The notes under the pieces were generated by a model. That model searched no databases. It saw nothing but the letters and a program-made list of their open reading frames with translations, and was not told where the DNA came from. This document shows, piece by piece, positions 51,876 through 64,000 of a DNA stretch of 64,000 nucleotides (its first letter is position 1; the number at the start of each line of letters is the position of its first letter). The position numbers were made by a program, and so were the translations under genes. This DNA comes from Eledone cirrhosa (lineage: Eukaryota): positions 11,098,001-11,162,000 of the forward strand of contig OZ024754.1 of NCBI GenBank assembly GCA_964016885.1. Direction: 5' to 3'.

Positions 51876-53766
51876 AAGCATTAAACCAGGGTTGGGCAAC
51901 CTTTATCAAGTAGTGAGTTGCAAGAGATATAACTCATCATAAGGCAGGCTATACTACTAAAACATTCAAGGTAATTTTGAGATTAAGATAAGGCACGCCA
52001 TTCAGAAAGCCAAACATACTGTATGTGGTCCACAGACTGCAGTTTGGCCATGACTGGGTGGAACCTATACTTTATATCCTCTTCCGCCACCTCCACAAAA
52101 TATACAACATTATACAGAAATGACATCACACTGAAAATTTGCATTGAAGAAATAGATAACCAAAGATAGTCTTAACTTAAAGACATCATTTTGGGAATAA
52201 TATGTAACATGCTAGAAATGTACAACTTTCTTTTTCTTTAGTCTCATAACTCTTGGTGGAGTCGTAGGGGTGCCATAGTCACATACAGCATTTCTTGGGC
52301 ATTTTAAGCCTGGCACACTCCATCCCTCTCCAGGTCTGAACACAGCAAATTTCTTCCAAAGAAAGTTAGAAAATGAGAGAGGAAATGAGAAAGAGGCACA
52401 GAGGAAAAATCAACCCCAGTATTAGACTAGTACTTATTTCATCGTCCTTGAAAGGATGAAAAGTAAAGTTAACCTTGACAGGATTTGAACTCAAAGTAGA
52501 GAACCAGAATGAATAGAACAAAGCATTCTATCTGATGTTCTAATGACTCACAGCCTAAATGTACAACTATCAATAATATAATAAAAAGATGCTTACTAAA
52601 GACATTTTACAGTAATAACTGAAAGCCATATTGATGTAATTACAATAGACAAGAGTGATAAGGCTGCAGTAATGATGTAAATAGCAGAAATAATATGTTA
52701 TAAACAATGAAGACTTAGAAATAATAGTGTAACTTTCTAGAAAGAGAAATAAGTGTGAGGTACAAAGAGTGAGAGGATGTTGAATACTGATTCATTTACT
52801 ATTCACAAAGTGATGTGTTTCTCTTGGATTCAGAAACTGTAACATAAATACACATTTGTTTACTGTTCACAAAGTGGCCTAGTGGTAAGGGTGTTGGCCT
52901 TACGATCATAATGTTGTGGGTTCGATCCCAGGACTAGGTTGTGTTGTGTTCTTGAGCAAAACACTTCATTTCACATTGCTCCAGTATACTCAGCTGAAAA
53001 TGAGTACCAGTAATAGCTGGGGGCTTAACCCTGCGATGGACTGGCATCCTGTCCGTGGGGGAGTCTTGTACTCTCAGTTGCTTCACGCAATGAAACTGAG
53101 ATAAGCACCGGCCTAACAAGCCTTCTGGCTTAAGACAGAAAGACCCACAAAGTCATGTGTTTCTCTTGGATTCAGAAACTTATTAAACAAATTTCTATTG
53201 GATTATATGTTTGCAATAAAAGAAACAAAAAGAAAAAGAAAAATTAAATAGTGAAACTAAGAGGGAGGGAGTAGCAAACTACACCTCAGTCTAGTGCATT
53301 TCAGCTGTGTCCCCCAGACAAAATAGCATAGATTACCAGAGACCCACCAGCAACACACACACTGCATCAGCCAATTTACTTCAAGAATATCCTTCAACAG
53401 GCAGGATATATTCCTCCCATTTTTACAGAGGAAAATATCAGTTTGGAGGCCGAGGCCACAGCTGGAGGCAGAGAACACATCGCAGCACATGGTGTCAGAT
53501 TTGAAATTTACACCTCCCTCAAACGGAAAGAGGGTTATCCTGTCTGTGTGATTACCACCATTAATCCTTTAGCATTTACATTACTTTATATTTACTATTG
53601 TATTTTTGTGGTAAAAGCTTTATCATATAATTATCACATAACATCGAATCTATGAGATTTTGATATTTATTTTAAGAACAATACCTTAACATTAGTATGA
53701 ACAGCTGGTTTGAACAGAAAGAGGTGAGAGAATTCTGGCTGGATTTGACTGGTTTAGTGACTAAAG

Positions 53767-54095
53767 CAGCGTTTCTCAACCTTTTTACCCTTGTGGAACC
53801 CTTGAAATAGGTTCATGTCTCAGGGAACCCCTACATAAAAATTATTATATACCATTATTAATATCTATCTCTTATATTGACCTAGTTTTAAATAATATAA
53901 GAAGTTGAAGCCTTTCTTAAAATAAACAAGGATTTTCCGACAATAAGCCCTAAGTGCATAGTAAAATTACGAATATAAAATTAAACAATTACTTTTAAGA
54001 AATACATTAGTTTATTTATCACTGGTTCTCGCGGAAACCCCAGCGACCTCTTGCGGAATCCTAGGATTCCAGGGAACACCGGTTGAGAAACGCTG
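53767..54095. mobile_element. hAT (Charlie-like) MITE nested in the TIR of a TTAA MITE
   Basis: TIRs CAGCGTTTCTCAACC / GGTTGAGAAACGCTG with a perfect 8-bp TSD GACTAAAG (53759-53766 and 54096-54103). Confidence 0.95.
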
Positions 54096-55888
54096 GACTA
54101 AAGGGTTAAGTTTGAGGCTGGCAGGCTCCTAAGAACAAAACTGAAGAGATCAACAGAACAGTATATACACAGAACGGTAATATCTAGTTATTGCTGACAA
54201 GCTTTATACTTAACACTACATTTATTTATTCCATCATATAGAGATTAAGAACACTAATGTATCGCTGTTTACATAAAACTGGCAGGCATCTAATGGATAT
54301 ATTTGGCTATTTAAACAATTAACATCTATTTTCAGACCAATATGGCATCCCATATACATCCAAGTAAGTGTTGTGTTAAGTCTTAACTGAACTAACTAGA
54401 TATTACTATCTAGAAGAAATCTAGCTATCATTTTGTCACATTCCTGATAATAAAAAAAAATAAAACATTAAAAAAAGACACCATAAAGACTGCCCACCAT
54501 AATGATTCCTATTATAGGCACAAGGCCAGCAATTTGGAGGGGAGTGGGGTTGATTAAATCGCCTCCAGTGCATTACTGGTACTTTATTTTATCGACCCCC
54601 CCACCCCGTAAGGATAATAGGCATAGCTAACCTCGACGGGATTTGAACTCAGAACGTAAAGGGCCGTAACTCTATGCTACAAAGCATGGTGTCCAACCCT
54701 ATACCGATACTGCCACCCTTATAACACAATAATGATTTCTTATATAGGCACAAGGCCAGCAATTTGGGGGGGGGGATTGTCAATTGAATCGACCCCAGTG
54801 TGTAACTGGTACTTTATTTTATCGACCCAGTAAGGATGAAAGGCAAAAGTTAACCTCGGCAGGATTTGAACTCAGAACGTAAAGGGCCGTAACTCTATGC
54901 TACAAAGTATGGTGTCCAGCCCTCTACCGATACTGCCAATCTACCACCCTTATAACACAATAACAAAACAACTTACACCTTCTCTACTAGTCTGTCCACC
55001 ATGGGCATGGGACAGCCACCACGCGGGACCCCCATTTGCCCATAACAGTAGGAGCAGATTGCGAGAGCGTAAAAGTTGGATCTGTCGCCATATACTGTGT
55101 TTGTAAATGTTCTTTATTTGTTCACAACTTTGTATTTGCCTCCATCTAGCTCATTCTATCCGGTAGTTTACATTGGAAGTCATATTGACCATTCAAGCGA
55201 ACCCTCATCATCACTGGTTCCATGATTTAGAATGGACTAAGATCAGTCTTTCTCTTTCAATAAAATAACTAAAAATATAAAATCCAGTGCCATTATAGTA
55301 AAGGTGGTGGATTGGCAGTATCGGTAGAGGGTCGGACGCCATGCTTTCCAGCATAGTTACGTCCCCTTACGATCTGAGTTCAAATCTCGCCGAGGTTGAC
55401 TTTGTCGTTCATCCTTACGGGGTCGATAAAATAAAGTACCAGTAATGCACTGGGTAATTGCTGACCTTGTGCCTAAAGTAGAAACAATTAGAGTAGAGAG
55501 CTTTATATCTGACAGCTCAGTTTTCTCAACAAAATTTGAGAAAAAAAATTCAAAATGGAGAAAAGAAGATAACAAAGTGGTTAAAGAGTTCATCTCACAG
55601 GTGTAAGGCTGTGAGTTTGAGAATCTGTATATGTATGAATATGTGTGTAAGTATGCATGTGTGTATACATGTGTGCATGTATGCATGCATGTATGTCTGT
55701 GCATGCATGCATGTGTGTGTGTGTATGCTTGTATGTGTGTGTGTGTGTGTGTGTAATGTATGCATGTGTGTGTATGTTTAATGTATGTGTATGTATGTGT
55801 ATGTATATGTGTATGTATATGTGTAATGTATGTGTGTGTATATGTAATGTATGTGCGTGTGTGCATATGAATATGTGTAGTGTATATG

Positions 55889-55944
<56 letters not shown>

Positions 55945-58900
55945 CTCACAAATACACATGGAAATGTTGGAATGTGCCAAGAACTTTTCAAAAACTAAAC
56001 ATTTTCTCTACTTAGAAGGAATCTTCTTCGACCAGCTTCATCCTAGCAGATAACTTAAATAACTAAGTGACAGCCTAAATATCTTCTCCAGGACTAAGAA
56101 TAAACAAATGAAAATATAAACAGGTGTTATCTCTCAATGATAGTAATAGATACAGCTTCTTGTTCCAATCTTTCTCAATGAACATTCACAGCCCCCCCCC
56201 CCCTCCTATTTTTATTCTGCAATTAATATTAGTTTAGATTCAGCCCAAAACAACCCTAACAAATTTAACTGTTCTTTTCTAAAAGGTACATAATATTGTT
56301 AACCAACTAAATGGGTTACTAACTTAATGAGCTGATATTTAGAATATTACTTTAAAATTTCTAAAATAAAATAATAATTGTTTCTACTTTAGGCCAGAGA
56401 TTACCCAGTACATTACTGGTACTTTATTTTATCGACCCCGTAAGGATGAAAGGCAAAGTTAACCTCGGCGGGATTTGAACTCAGAATGGCAAGGGCCGTA
56501 ACTCTATACGTCAAAGCATGGGACACATAGGATATGGCTCATCATAAGGCAGGCCACACTACTAAAAATCCTAGACAATTTTGGAATTATGCAGGCCATT
56601 CAGAAAGCCAAACAGACCACATGCAGCTAGCAGGCCACAGTTTGGCCGCGACTGATCTAGGACTGCATTATACATTCATCTAAGTCTACATTTTCAATAT
56701 GTAAGAGTTTCATTCGAGAGAGATTTGACTTCTATTTATAGGAGGTAGGTCAAACAATTATATAGAGACTCTCTTTATCTGGTTGGTATTCCTCAAAGTA
56801 ACAGAAACTAGAGAGATAATATACAGAAAATGTATGATGTTAGCATACAAGTTGTATTTGAGGAAATAAGTTAGTGAAATTAGGTGATGGAATATGGATG
56901 TAATATTTAATTATTAAACATAAAATAGTGGGGAATATAAAGAACCATGAAGCTAAAGCTACTTTTATGGTAAAAATAACAAATTTTTAAAAGAAATAAT
57001 TTTTTTTTTAATGGATACAAGACAAATATTTAAACTTGTGTCTTTCCCCACCTAGATCAGTGATTCCCACTTTTATATAACTTATAATACAAATACAAAG
57101 TATTGAGTGAATGAAAACATTAATAAACAGTTTTACCATGGCAACTGATACAGTATCAAATATCTAAAATATAGTTTTATTCCATTACCTACAAACAAGC
57201 TATTATGAATGTGCCTGATTTGTCAAAAATCTATGAAAAACAAGATTACAAGAATATAATTTATGCTGATAAGACAACCTTTTTCTTAACATTACTAATG
57301 AAATACATTGCCATTGTGTATCAATTAATTTGGAAAATTTGAAGAATTTAATGAGATCATTCATTTCATCATTTCATTTTACGTCCGCTTTTTCCCTGCT
57401 TGCAAGGGTGGGACGAGAACTGATTCTGGCTTGATTTCTACAGCTGGATGCCCTTCCTAACACCAACCTCATTTCCAGCGAGTGCTGGGTGCTTTTTTTC
57501 CATGGCACTTCCACGACCACTTTGCAGTGGAATGATATGGACCCCAGTCCTAATCATCTCATTTCTATAGCTGAGTAAACTGGAGCAATGTGAAATAAAG
57601 TGTCTTGCTCAAGGAAGCAACACATCACCCGGTCTGAGAAAATTCAAAACCTTTCGATTGCAAGGCCAATGCTCTAACCACTAAGCCATGTGCCTCCATT
57701 TAAAGTATATATAGAATAATGTAAATGCTAACGGGTTAATGCCTATTTTCCCTGCTAACAAGCATCTCTTACAAAATTTCATAACTAGTTATGAAATCCA
57801 GGCAGCCAAATACCATTAGTGAAGAACTGATCCTACCAGCTGTTGCCGAGGCTCTATATACTGTGTTTCACAAGCAAGCACATGGCATACCCAATAAAAT
57901 GCCTTAATGCAATAATAAAACAATTCAATAAAATGCACAAGCATGGATATGGAAGATGCATTCAGCAATTTTTTTAAAGACTTCCCAATTTTCATTACAA
58001 CTGAATCAGCCATAACAGTTAAACCTTTAGCATTTAAACTGGCCATACCTGGCCAGAATTCTCTCACTTCTTTCTGTTCAAACCGGCTGTAAACGGCTGC
58101 TCATAGTGATGTTAAGGGATTGTTCTCAAAATAAATAGCAATCTCATAGATTTGATATTATGTGAGTTAAAGCCTTTACCGTGAAAATATAGTATATATT
58201 GAGTAATGTAAATGCTAAAGAGTTAACCCTTTAGCATTTACATTACTCTTACGCAGTAATACAGAAAACCCGCCTTGCCTAAGTACAAAGCAAAACCTAC
58301 AGTCAGTAGGCACCTCTTAACCAAAAATACACCCCCATCTACACCACCCCTTTCTCTGTAAAGTTATGTTGGTACCACAACATCCAGTCCTAAATAAATG
58401 ATGTCATGTAGGTATCACGACAAAAAAAAAAAAAAAAAAAAAAAAAACAGTCCACGCTGTAATGTGGCCGTGTAGGCAACACGGTAAAAACCTCCCAGTC
58501 CACACTGTAAACATCGTTGGTGTTAGGAAGGGCATCCAGCCGTAGAAAACCTGCCAAACAGTCCTACATGAGCAAGAAAACCAATCTTGCCTCAAGTGGG
58601 ACAATTCCCGTCTAAACCCATGCTAGCGTGGAAGATAGACGTTAAACGATGATGATGATGATGATGATACTATTATATTTTCACGGTAAAGGCTTTAACT
58701 CATTATCTCACATAATATCGAATCTACGAGATTTTGATGTTATCTATTTTGAGAACAATACCTTAACGTCAGTATGAGTGGCCAGTTACAGTTGGTTTGA
58801 ACAGGAAGAGTGAAGGGGAGCTAATAAAATATAATCTCGAAAGGAGGGAAGGGTCTGAAAAGGTTTGGAAAGTACTGATCTAGATAAATAGGATGGCAGT

Positions 58901-59783
58901 CCTCTGACCTAAGGGTTAATAATGCTGACACACCCAAACATACGCCCACACAAGTATATATCACTAAGCATTCTTATCAATGATAACTGAAGATTAATTG
59001 TACAAAAACTGTATAATGCTTTGTCAATAATAATAAATCTATTAACCCTTTAGCATTTAAACCGGCCATAACCACCTGCTCATACTTATGTTAATGTATT
59101 GTTCCCAAAATAAATAATATCAAAATCTCAGATTCAGTATTATGTGGGATAATTATGCGAGGTAAAGTATTTACTGTGAAAATACAATAGTAAATATAGA
59201 GTAATGTAAATGCTAAAGGGTTAAAAGATAGTATATATTTTGTGCTGGAATCTTCAGGTTGAAATTAGTACTTAAAAATTATAACTGAAGAATTTTGTAG
59301 CATGTATTCCCACCACGTCTCATTTGTAGAATTGTGTGTGGCCTAGAGACATAATTCACTCTCCTATTTCACCACTACACTCTCAAAGACATATAGTCAA
59401 TTGATTCAACTAAATACTACTGGAAGTTATTTTATAGGCATAGGAACAATAAATGTCAAAGTTGACCCTAGAACAATTGAAATTCAGAGCAGTGGGGCAC
59501 CAAACTGAATAGTAGAAAGTATTTAGGTCAGCTCATTTCAGTCACTTCCAGCAAACATAGGAAATAATTGTTTCTACTTTTGGCACAAGGCCAGCAATTT
59601 TAAGGGCAGGTTAAGTTGATTCAATCAACCCCAGTACATGACTGGTACTTTACTTTATCGACCCCTATAAGGATGAAAGGCAAAGCTAACCTTGGCGGGA
59701 TTAGAACTCAGAACATAAAGGGCCATAACTATGTCACGAAGCATGCTGTTCGACGCTCTACCGATTCTGAGGAAATAATAGTA

Positions 59784-59958
59784 TACAAGGGTCGGCTAAA
59801 AAGTTCATAGGCTAACTATGAAGGAGTGATGCTAGTACTGTGAAATCTTGCATGCATTAATTTCAACTCTTAACAACTGCATTGTTTCTTTCCAGGGACT
59901 ATGTTGAAAAATGAGAGTATCTTGGTCAGCCTATCAACTTTACAGCCGATCCTCATAT
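59784..59958. mobile_element. Mariner-type MITE
   Basis: TIR-like ends AGGGTCGGCTAAAAAGTTCATAGG; second copy at 62993-63193. Confidence 0.7.
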
Positions 59959-62900
59959 ACATCAAGGGTGGTGGACTGGCAGTATTGGTAAAGTGTCGAA
60001 CAAAGTGCTGTGGTATTTAGTTACGACTTTCTGTGTTCTGTGTTCAAATCCAACTGAGCCAAACTTTGCTATTTATCCTTCTGCACTGGAACTGATTTAA
60101 TTAACTTTGCCCTTCACCCAAAATTGATGGCCTTGTGCCTAAATTAGAAATCAATATTAGTATATACGAGTTCAAATCCCACCAAGTTTAGCTTTGCCTT
60201 TCGACCTTACGATAAAATAAAGTACCAGTAATGCACTGGGGGTTGGTTTAGTCAACTTTCCCCTTGCCTTCACATTAGTGGCTTCATGCCTAAATTAGTA
60301 ATCACTATTAGTATTTACTTCTCAACAATGATTTTTCTCGGAGCAATAACTCGTTTTTCTCCCTATACAGCATCCAAGCAATGCCGGGTACCACTGTTAG
60401 TTTTTATATAAATAATATTATTACAACTATTCATGCTTCCTTAACCTTCTGTGCATAGGTGTAGCTAACATGCTATACTTGATTAGAAGTACTTTTATAA
60501 AGAGGATACCTTGAAAATCTCCAATAACCTTCAGCAGCAGAAAGACAACCACTACACATATCAACCTTTACATACAGGCTTCATATTCTGATTTCTCAAT
60601 GCAACTACACATCTATAATATAGTCAAAATCATTTACCAAAAGCCCATCTTTCCTTTCAATGAAAAAATTTACTTCATTTCTAAACAGATGCCGACAGTC
60701 TACAAGGTTTAAGTGTCCTGCATATTACAATAGCCGATATATCTGGGATAATACAGCTGTCAAACATTTTTCAACACATCCAAATAATTGCCAATCTATA
60801 AGTCAACAATACACGACATCCACAAAAATCACTAATACGGTGCATCCTCCCAAAACCTTATCTACCACTCATGCAGTGCTTCCTGCTCTGACCAAACCCT
60901 AAGTGCACCTGACTTCCTTTTTCTCAACATAATTATCAAACCATAAAAACTATACTGCCCTCAGTAGACCTAATAAAACAAAAACCTGTCTGAAATAACT
61001 AGATCTATCAAAGAAGAGATTAATTTTCCCCTCTTCATTGCATGGCTATTTCCAACTTTAAGATTCCAATGTAGTCAAACTGTTTTAATTTTTTTCTTTT
61101 TGAAATTTGGAACTGTTGCCTCTTTCTGTCTTGAGTGGTTTTAACCCTTTAACATTTACATTACTCTATATTTACTATTGTATTTTTTGTTGTAAAGGCT
61201 TTATCTCACTTAATATTGAATCGATGAGATTTTGATATTTATTTTGAGAACAATACCTTAACATCAGTATGAGTGGCCAGTTACGGCCTGTTTGAACAGA
61301 AAGAGGTGAGAATTATGGCCAGATACAGCTGGTTTAAATACTAAAGGGTTAAACATTTATCTGATCTGATATTTAACTGTCCTTAATACAGGAAGTTTGA
61401 ACTGATTATAAGGTTTCTTGCTCATATGATGGCATTTACTTTAACAGCTCATTCTTCCAAGTTCAAAATATATATAGATTGATTGACACAACCCTTCCTC
61501 CACCTTAGGTTCATAAAATATGTACCTGTAATGTATGTATGTATGTATGTATGGTCCCGTAACTCCTGATAGAGTCGTAAGGGCATCATATTGACATACA
61601 GATTTTTAAGCCTGGTGGAGCCCACCCCTCTCCAGGTCTAAGTACAGCAGATTTCTCCCAGGGAGAGATAGAAAGTGAGAGAGAGGAAATGAGAAAGAGA
61701 AATAGAGGAAGAATCAACCTCAGTACTAGACTCGAAAGGATGAAAGGCAAAGTTGACCTCAGCGGGATTTGAACTCCGAGAGCAGAGAGCTAGAATGAAT
61801 ACCATAAAGCATTCTATTCGACATTCTAATGACTGCCAATTCGCTGCTTGTACCTGTAATACACTGCAGTTAATGTCACCAAACATAATCTCCTTGTGCA
61901 CTGTCAAAGGATAATATTAATGTCACTCCTAATCAATAATGCAACAATAATATTTAGTGGTTTTGTGATAAGATTAGTTTCAGGGTCATTAAAGAAGTTT
62001 GTGAAAAATGATTACTCAGTATATTATCTAACACAGAAAATGATAATATATACATCTGGTTGAAGTTCCTGTTAGGTTTCTGAAAACTAACAGCTATTCT
62101 ATCAGAGATAATGTGGCAGATGTACCAACTCTGAAGCAGGAGTAGTATTTTAGTTTATAAAATATTTAGTTTTAGAATGTGTAGTTTTCTGATCGTGAAT
62201 ATTTATTAGGTTGTTTACTCCAAAGCTTATTACAGAAGGATGCATCATACACAGCTTATGTTTATAATTAAAAAGAACCAAAACAAATTACATAAATAAA
62301 TTTTTCAATATTATCATCAACTTTAAAAAAAGAAAGTAAAGAAAAAATTTTTAATAATATTTCAGATATTTTTATATAATTTAAAATTTTATAAAAATAT
62401 CTGAAATATAATTTATGTTTTCTTTACTTTTTGTTTTTAAGATATAATCGCTGGACAGATTTTTACAGGCAAAACCAACTGGCAAAAGATGGGTGGATAA
62501 CATCTATGAGCTTGGCTGGTCATGCTTGGGGATCCAGCCGGATCAGTTGAAGATGGTTGCTTCTGACAGGACCCACTGGAAGGACTGTTTGAGGACTGCC
62601 TTCACGACCCTCTCAGGAATAAGTGGGCATAGAAGAAGATATTTAAGATATAGTAATGATGTTTTAGGAAATTATGTGGTGTGTATCTCCTTATATACAA
62701 TAAATCAAGAACTTTGAACATATGTTCAATATTTTAACCCTTTAAACAGCCATATCCAGCCAGAATTTTCTTGCCTCTTTCTGTTCAAACTGGCCATAAC
62801 TGGTCACTCATACTGGTGTTAAGATATTGTTCTCAAAATAGATATTAAAATCTCATAGATTCTATATTATGTGGGATAATTGTGTGCAATAAAGCCTTTA

Positions 62901-64000
62901 CCATAAAAATATATTAGTAAATAGTCGAGCCAATGCTAAAGGGTTAAACCACTACCCTTCTAAATCTAAAATTATTGCTTTCTAACTGATCCTATGAGGG
63001 TCGACTGAAAAGTTCAAAGGCTGACTATAAAGCAGTGATGCTAGAACTGTGAAATCTAGCACACATTAATTTCAACTCTCCTCATTAATTACTGCATGGT
63101 TTCTTTCCAGGGACTATGGTGAAAAATAAACCTCATTTGGTCATTCCACGAGAGTATTTTGGTAACCCTATGAACTTTTCAGCCAACCTCGTACATACAA
63201 ATCTTAACATTTCTTACAAGAATATTAACCCTCAATATCCTGTAATGATTTAGCAGAAAATATCTAAAAACAAGTTTATTCAAATGTTTATAGTGTCACT
63301 ACTAGAGGACAGATCTGTGAAAATTTACACAAGTAGAATAAATACTTTAGTCATTTTTAATGTGATGCAGGCAGTGGTTTTATAATGTTAATATATGTCT
63401 TGCTAATATAATTTCATAGAGTACAGGGTGTTAAGAATTAATTCAGCAAAACTAAAAGAAACCGAGAATAGCAGGGAATAGGGAAGGAGGTGCTGGGAGA
63501 TGGATTAAGATTTTTTTCATTTAAGCCCTTAACTCCCCATGGAATTGTAGAGGTACAGTTATGATATATAGTGTATTTTAAGCACTTTAAACCTGGCAAA
63601 CACCATCCCTCTCCTTGTTCATATATATATCATCATCATTTTACGTCCGCTTTTCCCTGCTAGCAAGGGTGGGACGGGAACTTATTCTGGCTTGATTTCT
63701 ACAGCTGGATGCCCTTCCTAACACCAACTTCATTTACAGTGCTGGGTGCTTTTTTGCCGTGGCACCTCCACGACCACTTTGCAGTGGAATGACCACTTTG
63801 CATCTCATTTCTACAGCTGAGTAAACTGGAGCAATGTGAAATAAAGTGTCTTGCTCAAGGAAACAACACATCACCCGGTCTGAGAATTGAACTCACAACC
63901 TATATATTGATAGTCTTTGGTACATCGACCAAAAGAGGTAACTAAAACGCCTGAGGTCACAGTCAATCCTCTACTTCTTTAAATATATATATATAAGAGA

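Noticed and set aside
51136-51909. His/Cys-rich metal-binding protein ORFs
   Set aside because: All three minus frames give the same periodic peptide from a 20/28-bp repeat; no splice or start context.

Overview
Eukaryotic, AT-rich, repeat-dense animal DNA. The SINE and MITE families look like those of an octopod cephalopod (inferred from recalled consensus features, no search run). One host gene is present: a Ral small GTPase on the minus strand with four coding exons (46518-46411, 35812-35604, 34331-34157, 30372-30259; 201 aa, C-terminal CIIL). Its non-coding first exon was not located. The rest is mostly transposon-derived: a 5'-truncated L1/Tx1 LINE with an open RT ORF, a frameshifted CRE-clade element (PHD-RT-RLE) with satellite fragments, RTE and Penelope remnants, two Helitron derivatives, a hAT pseudogene nested in a Tc1/mariner remnant, many SINEs and MITEs, and minisatellites. 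The most notable signal is a dispersed set of type I hammerhead-ribozyme motifs, folded by eye only. It includes U3-A8 core variants and motifs with palindromic stem III, lies mostly next to (TA)n tracts, and several motifs sit in fold-back palindromes whose axis is in or beside the ribozyme. This fits Penelope-like pLTR/retrozyme biology. Most short ORFs in the track are repeat artefacts.
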